The notes beneath the pieces were generated by a model that was given only the letters and a program-made list of their open reading frames with translations, did no database searches and was not told the DNA's origin. Positions 40,956-51,220 of a DNA stretch of 64,000 bases are shown piece after piece. Every line of letters begins with the position of its first letter. Within the stretch, counting starts at the first letter, position 1. The DNA is from Sedimentisphaerales bacterium. Lineage in GTDB: Bacteria; Planctomycetota; Phycisphaerae; Sedimentisphaerales; SM23-30. Both the position numbers and the translations under genes were made by a program. Location of the stretch: positions 115,645 to 179,644 of the forward strand of contig CAXXMR010000018.1 of assembly GCA_963663805.2 (NCBI GenBank), in the 5' to 3' direction.

Positions 40956-42470
40956 TTGATAGTGCATAAAAGAACTACGGTTGCAGTTATAGTTTTGTTT
41001 CTGACATTTTACGCTCAACTAGCTATGGGAGCGAATCTGAACTACACATCTACTGACGATGTATTGTTCAACCCCGAACGTGGTCTGTATGTTTTCGGAC
41101 CTATGGTCGATACGACGAATTATGATTACATTCGCAGTCAGGGATATTCGATTTGCTATGCCAGCATTATCCTGGAGGACTATGTTTCGAGTAATATCGC
41201 CCAGTCAAAACTGGATGAGATCGACCGGGCCTTTGGCCGGATAAGGGCCGCTGGCATGAAGGCGTTTGTACGAATTGTCTATGATAATACTGGAGCCGGC
41301 CAGGACGCGACTATAACCTGGATGGAAACCCATTTGCAGCAGTTGCAACCGGTTCTGCTGTCTAATTCTGATGTGATTGCCTGGTTTCAGGCCGGCATGA
41401 TAGGTGCCTGGGGCGAATGGCATTCTTCCACTAATAATCATCATCTCAACCCCCTGCCCGTCTGGAATTTGATTAAGCAGTATTTTCCGCCCGACAAGTT
41501 TGTGGCCATAAGAACTCCCACATTTGTTAATACTCTGGAAGGCCTTGACGCTAACCCGTTGACTGACCAGGACGCATTTAACGGCACCGGCCGGGCTCGA
41601 ATTGCTCACCATAATGACTGCTGGCTGGCTAATGCACTGGATTACGGTACCTATCCCGCTGACCCTGCCGCAATGGAGGCACAAAAGGCACAGATTGAAA
41701 ATCAATCGAAATATACTCCCTGGGGTGGAGAAACTTGTGCGGTAAGTGCCTATGCCAACTGCACCGTCGCGGTAGCGGAAGCCGCACGCTTTCATGCCAC
41801 CTATATGAACGACAACTATCATCCTGATGTAATTGCCGGAATGACTGCCGATGGCTGCTGGCAGTCTCAATTTAAAAACAAGCTGGGCTATCGCTTTGAG
41901 TTGATTTCCAGCCAGTTCCCGGATAAGGTTTTCAAGGGTAAGGAATTTTCCGTTACCATCAATCTGAAAAACGTGGGCTGGGCACCACTGTACAACGAAC
42001 GCCCGGTATTTTTGAGAATGCTCAAGGGCAGTACTATTATTAAAGAGTATCGCCTGACCAGTAATGCCGACCCACGCCGATGGCTGCCGGAAAACGGCAC
42101 GATAACTATTTCGGAAGTCTTACGGGCACCGGAAACAATTGATTTTCAATACGTAAAGTTTGCCATTTGGCTGCCGGATAATGATACGGATTTACGGGCT
42201 CGGTCAGATTATTCTGTCCATTTTGCGAATTCCGGGGTTTGGGATTCATCAAAAGGCCATAATATTTTAACGGGCTTGATTCCTGTTAGCGAATTTATCA
42301 AGGGCGATTTCAATGATGACAAACAGGTCAATATGAGTGACCTGACGGCTCTGGCAGAGAACTGGCTGGCTTCATGCTTAGGGCCGGGCTGGTGCAGTTT
42401 TTGTGACTTAAATGAAAGCGGTCTGGTGGATTACGCCGATTTTTCCGAAATGGCCCAGAACTGGATGTAG
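40956..42470 (+). CDS. DUF4874/DUF4832-type putative glycoside hydrolase with dockerin-like tail
   Basis: NPERG, QAGMIGAWGEWH, HHNDCWL, GGET, LGYRF, NVGWAP.YN; two D.N.D/S..V...D repeats ending ENWL / QNWM. Confidence 0.85.
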   Translation: MIVHKRTTVAVIVLFLTFYAQLAMGANLNYTSTDDVLFNPERGLYVFGPMVDTTNYDYIRSQGYSICYASIILEDYVSSNIAQSKLDEIDRAFGRIRAAGMKAFVRIVYDNTGAGQDATITWMETHLQQLQPVLLSNSDVIAWFQAGMIGAWGEWHSSTNNHHLNPLPVWNLIKQYFPPDKFVAIRTPTFVNTLEGLDANPLTDQDAFNGTGRARIAHHNDCWLANALDYGTYPADPAAMEAQKAQIENQSKYTPWGGETCAVSAYANCTVAVAEAARFHATYMNDNYHPDVIAGMTADGCWQSQFKNKLGYRFELISSQFPDKVFKGKEFSVTINLKNVGWAPLYNERPVFLRMLKGSTIIKEYRLTSNADPRRWLPENGTITISEVLRAPETIDFQYVKFAIWLPDNDTDLRARSDYSVHFANSGVWDSSKGHNILTGLIPVSEFIKGDFNDDKQVNMSDLTALAENWLASCLGPGWCSFCDLNESGLVDYADFSEMAQNWM

Positions 42471-42523
42471 CATAATGTCGGCTGGAATCCATCCACTCCC
42501 CATACCATTCGATTATCGGAAAT

Positions 42524-42779
42524 TCAAAGAGCATATGATTTGCTGGCAGCCTCTCCATAATCCTGCCCGAACTCTGGGCAGTACCACTGACTACCGGAGA
42601 CAATCACGCGATTACCGTCAGCAACAATATTTTCTATGGAGCTATATTGATACGACCCCTTGGCGATTATCTCCCAATATATGCCATCCCAGCGTACCAG
42701 CGTCGCTGGCCCTAAACCGACAATCGAGGAAAACTCCCCGCAGACAATCAACTCCCCAGCAAATAATGTTCCATTTTGC
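42524..42779 (-). pseudogene. Fragment of a beta-propeller repeat protein
   Basis: GELIVCGEFSSI..LVRWDGIYW resembles propeller blades of the G.F....ARWDG..W type; begins at the mini-IS end. Confidence 0.35.
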
Positions 42780-43046
42780 GTAAAGTTCCGGTAAACTACA
42801 CCTCATATTGCGGCTGCTTTGTAGGGTTTGGGTGGGTGAAGTAAAACGAAGACTGCGAAAACCCCTCCCGCTCACAAAAAGCCCGAACCGATAACCCGCC
42901 CGCCTGATAAGTCTCCAGCACCATCCGCCAAAACTCCCGCCGAGAAACCTCAGATTCCAAACACCTGCCCATGACAATCTCCGTATCAATCATAGACACC
43001 ATTATCAACTTTTCAAAGAACAAGACAAGATGCACTTGGCCGGAAC
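42780..43046 (-). mobile_element. Miniature IS66 derivative (left end + tnpA 5' part + right end)
   Basis: GTTCCGGCCAAGTGCATCTTG identical to the 37 IRL minus its outer 5 bp; FWRMVLETYQAGGLSVRAFC; right end GAGGTGTAGTTTACCGGAACTTTAC. Confidence 0.85.
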
Positions 43047-43130
43047 GGCCTCCTGACAAACTTTGGTGTCAAGATAAACCTCGTCGGGAAAGTCCGCGCA
43101 CTCGGTGGAGTTCTTTTTCCTTTTTTTAGC

Positions 43131-44621
43131 TTAAGCAATGACTTTGAGAAATTTTTCCGTGTAGGGGTCGCGGGTTTTCGTGAGCCAGTTTTTCAGTTCA
43201 ACTGACAACCTGCCTACAATTTCCGGATTTTCTTCAGCAACAGAGATCATCTGATAAGGGTCGTTATGATTATCGTAAAGGATTTTTTCGAAAGAACCAT
43301 CTTCAAGCAATTCCACCACGAAAGTATAGCGGCTGGTGCGAACGCCGCGTTTAACATCAATATCTTTATCATGGAGGTCGGTGTCACAAAGATAGAACGT
43401 GGATTTAGGCCTAGGCATCCCCTGGCCCAGCAAGGCTGGCGAACAGTCCGCACCTTCAACCTGAGATGGAGTCTTCTCTTTCAGACCCATCAGGCTTAGC
43501 AGGGTCGGCATATAATCTGGAACGTTGATATGCAGGTCATCGGGGCCGGTGGGAATTTTGCCGGGCCAACGTATTATGAGGGGGATACGGAACGACTCCT
43601 CGTAAGCCACAACCTTCTGCATCAGGCCGTGACTGCCCATCATTTCCCCGTGGTCAGCCGAGAAAACCACAATAGTATCATCTTTCAGGCCGGTACTATC
43701 TAGGGCCTGCAAGATCTTGCCAAAAGCCAGGTCCACCGCGGTAACCGCGGCGAAGTAATCGGCAACATTCTTATGTGATGGGTTGTGTTCTTTATCTACA
43801 TTGCCGCGATTGAGCAATTCGTCAGGCGTTTTGTCCTTATAGTATTCTCGGTATTGGTCGGGTACGTCCTGATATCTGGGATGCGGCGGATTCATTGCGA
43901 CAAACAACGTGAACGGTTTGTTATTATCGCGATAAGAGCCATCGGTGTTTTTGATATATTCGACAGCAACCTTTGATTCGTGTTCGGGAGAATATTCATC
44001 GACGACGGTTTTTTCATCCTCCGAAGCATCGCCAATCCAATAGTGCGGTTCGAGATGGCGGGAATCGGTGCCATAAGAATACCAGAAATCAACGCCGTGC
44101 CGTTGCGGGCCGGGCGGAGTGTAAGAATCCCAGACAGACCCACGCCAGTGCGGAGCACGCGGGACGCCCTGGGGGGTGTCAAGGTGCCATTTGCCGATAT
44201 AACCGACAGAATAATCGTTATCAGCTAAAACATCAGTAAGCGTGCATTCGCTCTGCCTTAAATAATTGTTAGGTACTGACGAGTTACAGTTAGTGGTAAT
44301 GCCCGTCGAATGGGGCCAACGCCCCGTCAGGAGCATACCACGATACGGCGAACACAAAGGCCGGTTGCTGACGGCATTAGTAAAATATCGGGACTCAACC
44401 GCAAAGCGGTCCAGATTAGGAGTAATAACCGGGTCTTGCTTCATGAATCCGAGTGCCTGAACACGAAATTGGTCAGGAAAAACAAAGACCAGATTAGGCC
44501 TCTTACTACTCTTTTGCGAACTCACAACACTCTCGCCCTCCGTCTGGCAACCCGTTAAGGCAAACGAAGTGGTTGCCAGTGCGGTATTCTTCAGGAAAGT
44601 GCGTCTATCGAAGTTTAGCAT
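43131..44621 (-). CDS. Sulfatase (formylglycine-dependent), Tat-exported
   Basis: DRRTFLK Tat motif, RPNLVFVFPDQ, CSPYR..LLTG, GKWHL, SADHG. Confidence 0.95.
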   Translation of the reverse strand: MLNFDRRTFLKNTALATTSFALTGCQTEGESVVSSQKSSKRPNLVFVFPDQFRVQALGFMKQDPVITPNLDRFAVESRYFTNAVSNRPLCSPYRGMLLTGRWPHSTGITTNCNSSVPNNYLRQSECTLTDVLADNDYSVGYIGKWHLDTPQGVPRAPHWRGSVWDSYTPPGPQRHGVDFWYSYGTDSRHLEPHYWIGDASEDEKTVVDEYSPEHESKVAVEYIKNTDGSYRDNNKPFTLFVAMNPPHPRYQDVPDQYREYYKDKTPDELLNRGNVDKEHNPSHKNVADYFAAVTAVDLAFGKILQALDSTGLKDDTIVVFSADHGEMMGSHGLMQKVVAYEESFRIPLIIRWPGKIPTGPDDLHINVPDYMPTLLSLMGLKEKTPSQVEGADCSPALLGQGMPRPKSTFYLCDTDLHDKDIDVKRGVRTSRYTFVVELLEDGSFEKILYDNHNDPYQMISVAEENPEIVGRLSVELKNWLTKTRDPYTEKFLKVIA

Positions 44622-44649
44622 AAATTACCTCTGGGAAAAAGCTCCATGC

Positions 44650-44688
44650 AAAAAACAGACTGAGGGCCCATCTCAAGCCCTCAGCCAG
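44650..44688 (-). terminator. Intrinsic terminator inside the cluster, upstream of the sulfatase
   Basis: GGCTGAGGGC-loop-GCCCTCAGTC followed by TGTTTTTT on the minus strand. Confidence 0.7.
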
Positions 44689-44710
44689 AATACCAAACAT
44701 TTAGTCAGTG

Positions 44711-46096
44711 TCAATGTAAACCTTCAGCGAGCCAATCCTGCGCCATCTGAGCGAAGTCGGCTGTGTCAACTACACAATCCCGATTGAGGTCGGCTTCTTG
44801 TTGGGCACGACAGGGATAGATACGAATATCATCTACGTAAATGTAACCCGAACCAGTACCTCCGGTCAAGCCGATTGAAAACTTGCTTACGCGAGTCAGG
44901 TCGATGCCGCTGAAATCCGCCAATGAGAGATTCCAGATGTGCCAGCCTTTATCGCCCAAATCAGCAGAGTTGGGATAATTGACCGTGGCGGTCAGGCCAT
45001 CGGCATCTTCGACGGTCACATATAATGTCTCTGTGGTTGAGTTGCCCTCGATACCATAAAATGGCAGGTCAATAACTTTCAGATTGTTGCGATCCCAGTC
45101 CTGATCTTCGGTATAAACCCTGGTTGTTACGGATTCGCCGATATAATCGAGCTTCATACCGTTGGGAGTAAGATAATAATCGCCGGTTGTCAATGAAATC
45201 GTCGCACCGGAACCATTACTGGTCGAATCTTCCCAAACCGCTAGAAGTTCTGTATCATCGGCATAGAATTGATAGTCTTCGACCAATAAAGGCCAGCTTT
45301 GCCAAAGTTCATCTTTTTCGATAACAACGCCATTAGTGACGCGAACCTCGCTTATCAAAACATTACTGCTGCGGCGGAAAGTACCGGTACCTGTTACCTC
45401 ACTGCCAAGAGCAAATCTCCCATCAGCATCTGCGGGCCACTCCGGGAAACCAGACCAGCTCTGCTGTACACCAGCTACCTCACGGCCTGTATAAATGTCC
45501 CGGATTCTCATCACCATCTCGTTAGGTTCAGAAGGGATATATGAAACCGAAAGATAATACCACTTGCCGGGCGTAATTGCGCAATCAGTGCCATTCGTCT
45601 CGACATAAACAGAACCTACAGAATTAACGGTATACTGAATTTTCTTGGCGTTTGAAAACCGCCAGGAATAATACCAGCGACTATAGGTCTTATCGACTAC
45701 TTCCATAAGGGTCCAGGGACTGTCGTTGTCCCAGGCTGCTGTCGGAGCAATACTCTGAAGGTTGAAAATCATCTCATAGGTATGACTGCCGGTGGGAACA
45801 ATACTGGAAAATTGTGAAGTCCCCCAGGTGCCCGCAACATTCTTACAAAACACCGCCTGGCCATTTAGATTGTAGTTGTCAAAGTCAACACAACTTACGC
45901 CGTCAACCGTACACCAGGCAGGGTCCTGGCGAGGATTGGTCATGTGAACACCCAACTGCAATGCCAGATTAGGGTCGCCGTCAAGATTAACGGTCAAGGG
46001 ACCGCTGCCTTCTTCAAAATTCCAGTGGGCAACCGTTTGGCCAAAAGCGACCTGGCAAAAAACCGTCAGCAAAATACAAATTGCAAACTTTTTCAT
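44711..46096 (-). CDS. Secreted LamG-like / carbohydrate-binding-like protein with dockerin-like tail
   Basis: Signal peptide; VAHWNFEEGSG; GKWYYL; ISEVRV; IYVDDIRI; ADLNRDCVVDTADFAQMAQDWL. Confidence 0.78.
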   Translation of the reverse strand: MKKFAICILLTVFCQVAFGQTVAHWNFEEGSGPLTVNLDGDPNLALQLGVHMTNPRQDPAWCTVDGVSCVDFDNYNLNGQAVFCKNVAGTWGTSQFSSIVPTGSHTYEMIFNLQSIAPTAAWDNDSPWTLMEVVDKTYSRWYYSWRFSNAKKIQYTVNSVGSVYVETNGTDCAITPGKWYYLSVSYIPSEPNEMVMRIRDIYTGREVAGVQQSWSGFPEWPADADGRFALGSEVTGTGTFRRSSNVLISEVRVTNGVVIEKDELWQSWPLLVEDYQFYADDTELLAVWEDSTSNGSGATISLTTGDYYLTPNGMKLDYIGESVTTRVYTEDQDWDRNNLKVIDLPFYGIEGNSTTETLYVTVEDADGLTATVNYPNSADLGDKGWHIWNLSLADFSGIDLTRVSKFSIGLTGGTGSGYIYVDDIRIYPCRAQQEADLNRDCVVDTADFAQMAQDWLAEGLH

Positions 46097-46195
46097 CGTT
46101 ACACTCCTTATAAAGATATACATTCTCTATTCACTCTGGGAAACAATCCCAAAGACCAAATTGTTTTTGAATTGTATCGTGAACGCCTTGTTTGA

Positions 46196-46966
46196 TTAGC
46201 GTATCACTTTGCCTGTGCGGGAATCATTGCTGTATCCCACTATGTACTCCGGCTCCTGGCCTTCATAATCCAAATCTGGGCCAATTCGCAATCCAAACCA
46301 TTTACTGGTGACATCTTCCCATTCGGCAAAAACCGCATGCCCATCGAGGAAAGCGTAATTCCTGCCGGAATTCTTCATATGAGGCTGTACATGAAGAACA
46401 CTGTTCCTAAATCGCATCCAGCCAGACCAAACTCGCTCATTTTCCATTCTTGTCTCATCATTAGCACAACTATGAGCCCGCAGGACTGAAATATTACCAC
46501 GAATTCCATTGTCCATGTATGTTACCAGATCACTGGGACGCCCCCCCAACAAGCCTCCGTAATGCGTAACAACACCATTAGCACAATAAGAAATATCGTC
46601 TTTCGAGGTAGGGGCATAAGTGCCTCCCTCCGGTATCTTAACCGCAGGACAAATGAAATATTTAGGCGAATCAAGATACGTAATCATGCCGCTGACCCAC
46701 GTTTCATTTGTTAAAGTGCCATCCTCAGATTTTTTAATCGGATCTTCAACAAGCAAAGTATAGCCGTGCTGATAAGGGAACCTGTCCTTATTATCGCAGG
46801 AATAAACCATACCCGTCTTGGTCAAAGCGCCAACTGAGGACAGGCAAACAACCGCCCGGGCACTCTCTCTTGCTTGCCCCAGAGCCGGCAAGAGAATGCT
46901 CACCAGCAAAGCTATAATCGCTACGACTACCAGCAACTCGACCAGCGTGAAGCCACGTTTCTTCAT
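46196..46966 (-). CDS. Prepilin-type N-terminal cleavage/methylation protein (DUF1559-like, H-X9-DG type)
   Basis: [27 protein letters not shown]....[10 protein letters not shown]. Confidence 0.9.
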   Translation of the reverse strand: MKKRGFTLVELLVVVAIIALLVSILLPALGQARESARAVVCLSSVGALTKTGMVYSCDNKDRFPYQHGYTLLVEDPIKKSEDGTLTNETWVSGMITYLDSPKYFICPAVKIPEGGTYAPTSKDDISYCANGVVTHYGGLLGGRPSDLVTYMDNGIRGNISVLRAHSCANDETRMENERVWSGWMRFRNSVLHVQPHMKNSGRNYAFLDGHAVFAEWEDVTSKWFGLRIGPDLDYEGQEPEYIVGYSNDSRTGKVIR

Positions 46967-46984
46967 AACTCAGCCTTCCTTTGT

Positions 46985-48022
46985 TTAAATTCTAGCTACA
47001 CTCTCACGTTTAATCAGAGTAGGTTCTATCAATATCTTCCGGGGAGCATCACCTTTGCCATTTATACTATCGCAAAGCATATCTGCCATCGCGTCAGCCA
47101 TTTTCTCCAGAGTGCCTCCTACCGTTGTAAGAGCGGGATAACCGTAACTCGCCTCAGGAATGTCATCGTAGCCGACCAGAGATATATCGTCCGGCACTTT
47201 CATACCTGTTTCCCTGAAAGCCTTCATCGCACCTAAGGCACAAATATCTGAATGGCAGAAGTAGGCTGTAGGTAAATCAAGCCCCCTGTCCTCCAGCATG
47301 TCCCTTGTCACCTGATAACAACTGAAGAAATCCATGCCGCCGGGCACAATATCCTTGCCATATAAAGGCAAATCAAATTCCGCCAGGGCTTTTTCAAAAC
47401 CATATCTTCTTGTGTTCGGCAAAGCGATATTATCCCCGCAAAGATACCCAATGCGACTATGGCCGCACTCAACCAGATGTGAAATAATCTGCCGAAGCCC
47501 GCTGACATGGTCTATCGCGACATTGCCGGTCGGCAAATCTTCAATGCAGTCGAACATTACCAGGGGCAGAGAGTTTTTGATAACTACACTGAAAGGATCA
47601 ATGTCCGCCTGATGAATAATAGGCCCGGCAATAACGCCGGCAACATGACCGCCGAGCAGACCTTCGATATTTTTCTTCACCTCATCAGGGTCATCCCTGT
47701 CAACCAGAGAAAGCATAACCGTATAGCCCCGCGATTTAAGGTCGTTGACCAGTTTGTCCACCAAAGTTGCGTACCAGATATTGGACAGGCTTTTGGTCAC
47801 GACCAGCCCCAAAAAACTGCTCTGCTGCTGTTTAAGGCTGCGAGCCAGCAAGTTCGGGTAGTACCCCATCTTGTCGGCAACCAGCTTGACTTTCTGGCGG
47901 GTGTTTTCGCTGATACCGGGCATACCCTTAAGGGCTTTCCGAACGGTGGTATGACTGACATTCAGATGGCTGGCCAGGTCTTCTATAGTTACGCTTTTTT
48001 TGTCCTGAGTTTTCATAAGCAT
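46985..48022 (-). CDS. LacI family transcriptional regulator
   Basis: TIEDLASHLNVSHTTV HTH, YYPNLLARSL, VPDDISLVGYDD, LIKRES. Confidence 0.95.
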   Translation of the reverse strand: MLMKTQDKKSVTIEDLASHLNVSHTTVRKALKGMPGISENTRQKVKLVADKMGYYPNLLARSLKQQQSSFLGLVVTKSLSNIWYATLVDKLVNDLKSRGYTVMLSLVDRDDPDEVKKNIEGLLGGHVAGVIAGPIIHQADIDPFSVVIKNSLPLVMFDCIEDLPTGNVAIDHVSGLRQIISHLVECGHSRIGYLCGDNIALPNTRRYGFEKALAEFDLPLYGKDIVPGGMDFFSCYQVTRDMLEDRGLDLPTAYFCHSDICALGAMKAFRETGMKVPDDISLVGYDDIPEASYGYPALTTVGGTLEKMADAMADMLCDSINGKGDAPRKILIEPTLIKRESVARI

Positions 48023-48046
48023 CTTGATCCTTTATTTGATAATTAT

Positions 48047-48075
48047 ATTATAGGTTGTCGGCAACCCTAAGTCAA
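48047..48075 (-). promoter_or_regulatory. Sigma70 promoter of lacI with operator in the spacer
   Basis: TTGACT-N17-TATAAT; overlaps the near-palindrome TAGGTTGTCGGCAACCCT. Confidence 0.8.
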
Positions 48076-48153
48076 CAATAATTTTTATATAGATATAAGT
48101 GCATACAAAAAAGGCGCTTACGGTAATTTTAATTGTTTTTAAGTTTTTTTTAT

Positions 48154-48182
48154 TTGATTATAGATTTTCGACAACCTAAGAT
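48154..48182 (+). promoter_or_regulatory. Divergent sigma70 promoter with second operator
   Basis: TTGATT-N17-TAAGAT; overlaps TAGATTTTCGACAACCTA. Confidence 0.7.
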
Positions 48183-48259
48183 GGCCAACGTTGATATGGC
48201 GGCGTTCGCAAAACATCCGTTTAGCGGCCGCCAGGCTCGAAAAATACCAATATTGTTAA

Positions 48260-50995
48260 ATGGAGCATAAAATGCGAAAGCTAAAAAGAATCAAGTTTTT
48301 TGTACTGCCGTTAATCATTTCGATGGCTTTTCAAGTTGACTTTTGGGGCAAGACCGCTGATGCGGACATCGCCAAATCACCACTACTGAATTTATCATTT
48401 GAAGACAACAAGGTCCCTGAAAAATTCATTGAGCAGACTGGAATGTCCGGCCAATGCTTCAAAGGGCACCCCCAGGCAACAGCCGACAATATCACCTTTG
48501 AAAAATTATCTCCGGGAGATTTTGCCGTTTCCGTGTGGCTGAAAATCGATGAACTCCCCGACCAGGGGCTAACTCTGGAATGGGACGACAAAACACCCAT
48601 GACCGTCTTTACGCTTTCAGCCCCCAATTCCGCAAACGGACTGGGCTTGAGGATTCGTAAAACTGTATTTCAAATTGTTGTGGCAGATGATGATGGAAAA
48701 TATTTACAGTTTGACGGTATACACAGTGTCCCGCTCAAACACTGGGTACATTTAACTTTGTCTTATAATGCTAATGCTCTCAAGATGAGAATAAATGGAG
48801 AGCTTGATATTTATGCCCAAACACCATTTGCCAGGAAAGCCTGGAACCAGATAACTCTGGGACATTGGAACAAAAGCCGCAACCTGAATGGAAAATTAGA
48901 TGAGATAAAAATTTTCGACCAACCACTGTCCAGAGAAGATACCAAAATAATCAGTACGCCTTTTGAAAATCAGATTAATTCATACAAACTGCAACTCGCC
49001 GGCGTAAATGAAACTTATGAAAAGTATAAGTCTCTCAAAGTTAGCGAAAACGCAACACATCCATTACAGGAACAGCTCGACACGAATATTGTGGTTCTGG
49101 ACTGGAAATCAGACGGAGTGCCCTGCATACTATTGTCAGGCCAGAATCGTTTTGCCTCCCGAAACGCGATTTTTACACCATGCGACTACGATGACAATGG
49201 AATGCCAATATACGACAGCGGCCAAACGTATGATTTGTGTGGCATAAGATTCGAAGCGATTCCGCGTGAGGAAAAAATATTCGACATGGTCGGCAACGGA
49301 AACGCCACGCCCTATGGCGGCAACCATTTGGTTTACTATAAAAATATCGGCAAAGCGGGTAGTCCGGTATTTGATGAGCCCCAACCGATTTCTGTCGACG
49401 GTAAAAATCTGCGGGATGCGCTTGGAATGACAGTCTCGGCCTGGCATATCGAAGATATTACCAATGATGGGATAGTGGATTTGTTTGCGGTTGGTTACAA
49501 TCGCGAGAATAAATACGACCAGTGGCCCGACAGAAAATCCGTCTGGAACGGTGACAAAAATCAGCCCAATAGCGGCAAAGGCAAAGGCTACAGTATTAAC
49601 GGCCAATGGTTGGGACGCCCCGACACCACCATATTATTCTGGGCACGGGGAACAAAAGATAACAAGGGCACCTTATCATTCGGTAAATTCAAACAGGTAC
49701 ATTACCAGCACAAAGGTTTTGCGGTGCAGTGGAAATCCGAATCAGCCAACAGGGCCGTATCGCTCATAACCGTGGGCGGAGTAAAGTATTTGCTCCATTC
49801 CGGCTCGGTCGATGAGATACTAGCCCTGCCCATCAAGCTAAAGAACGGCGAACTATTTTGCGAACAAGCCGTACTCGTCCACGAGACCGGCCCCGCGATT
49901 TCTGCCAGCTATTATTTCCCCAAAATGTGTGTTTACGACATCGACTCTGACGGCTTCGATGAAATCCTAATGGCAGGTAATAATGGTCGTATAGCGGTAC
50001 TCAAGGGCAAGGAAATGGGCAGGTTCAAGGAAGTCCAGCCGCTACAGATGAAAGGTGGCAGTCTTTGTGTCGATACCCTGTCGGTTCCCTGCCGGGTCGA
50101 TTGGGATAACGATGGCAGAGATGATTTGATTGTGGGTGACTCCTCAGGCCTGCTGACCTGCTGGCCCGGCACCAACGCCCCGACAGTGTTTGACTCACCA
50201 GTGTATATGAAATCCAAAGGCAAAAGAATCGAACATCAGGGAGGAATGACCGGTTCTATTCAGGGCCCCACCGAAAAAAGATGGGGATATATCAACCCCA
50301 CCACCGGCGACTGGAACGAAGACGGCAAACTGGATATCATCGCCTGCGACATCAACTCCGATATCGTTTTATATGAAAAAACCAAAGACCCCATGGAATT
50401 AACCTCTCCCAGAATATTTACCCATGAAGGCAAAAAACTTCCCGCGGCCTGGCGGGTAAGACCAGCCATTTTACCAGGCTCCGCGAACTTCCATAATATC
50501 AACTATCCAACTTTACTCTACCTTGACTGGGACGGTTTCGCGGCATTGGCAATCCCCCAGGAGCCCGGAAGTACCGAAATAAAAACCAGCGTGCGACTCA
50601 AATATGAATCGGGCGAAGATATTCTTCTGTGCGGCTGGATCGGTCACTGGGGCAGAACAAAAATGAGCATCGCCGACTGGGACAATGACGGCGACTGGGA
50701 TATGATAATCGGAGTACCCAGATTTACCGTTTCATATTTCCTGAAACATGCCCCGGCGGCAACCTCACCTTACTTTTTGGAAAACGTGGGAACTTCCAGC
50801 AATCCAGCCTTCAAAAAGCCTGTAAATATCACACACGCGGACGGAACCATAATAGACATCTTCAGCCATGTCGCTTCAGTCTGGCCCAGCGACTTGGACA
50901 ACGACGGAAAACCTGACCTTCTGGTCGGCGGCGAGGACGGCAAGGTTTATTATTTTTACAGGGAGGAGCTGGGCTGGGTTACTGGGAGTAAATGA
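48260..50995 (+). CDS. Secreted LamG + FG-GAP/VCBS repeat protein
   Basis: Signal peptide; LamG motifs (VSVWLK, WVHL, LDEIKIF); repeated D(W)xxDGxxDL motifs. Confidence 0.85.
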   Translation: MEHKMRKLKRIKFFVLPLIISMAFQVDFWGKTADADIAKSPLLNLSFEDNKVPEKFIEQTGMSGQCFKGHPQATADNITFEKLSPGDFAVSVWLKIDELPDQGLTLEWDDKTPMTVFTLSAPNSANGLGLRIRKTVFQIVVADDDGKYLQFDGIHSVPLKHWVHLTLSYNANALKMRINGELDIYAQTPFARKAWNQITLGHWNKSRNLNGKLDEIKIFDQPLSREDTKIISTPFENQINSYKLQLAGVNETYEKYKSLKVSENATHPLQEQLDTNIVVLDWKSDGVPCILLSGQNRFASRNAIFTPCDYDDNGMPIYDSGQTYDLCGIRFEAIPREEKIFDMVGNGNATPYGGNHLVYYKNIGKAGSPVFDEPQPISVDGKNLRDALGMTVSAWHIEDITNDGIVDLFAVGYNRENKYDQWPDRKSVWNGDKNQPNSGKGKGYSINGQWLGRPDTTILFWARGTKDNKGTLSFGKFKQVHYQHKGFAVQWKSESANRAVSLITVGGVKYLLHSGSVDEILALPIKLKNGELFCEQAVLVHETGPAISASYYFPKMCVYDIDSDGFDEILMAGNNGRIAVLKGKEMGRFKEVQPLQMKGGSLCVDTLSVPCRVDWDNDGRDDLIVGDSSGLLTCWPGTNAPTVFDSPVYMKSKGKRIEHQGGMTGSIQGPTEKRWGYINPTTGDWNEDGKLDIIACDINSDIVLYEKTKDPMELTSPRIFTHEGKKLPAAWRVRPAILPGSANFHNINYPTLLYLDWDGFAALAIPQEPGSTEIKTSVRLKYESGEDILLCGWIGHWGRTKMSIADWDNDGDWDMIIGVPRFTVSYFLKHAPAATSPYFLENVGTSSNPAFKKPVNITHADGTIIDIFSHVASVWPSDLDNDGKPDLLVGGEDGKVYYFYREELGWVTGSK

Positions 50996-51220
50996 ATCCG
51001 AGGCTCGCCCGAAAACATGATTTTAGGCCAAAAAACCCGAATTTTTTGAAATTTTTCAAAAAAAACACAGATTTTTCTCCAAAAACCGCTCTTCTCAGGC
51101 ACCTTTGCGCTGAAAATAAGGCCAAAAGTTTCCCATTGCCCCTCTGTCAATCCTACCCTAGAATACCCCCTGCGAAATAAAATCGGACAACACCCCGGCC
51201 CATCAAAGGTAGCATAACTT

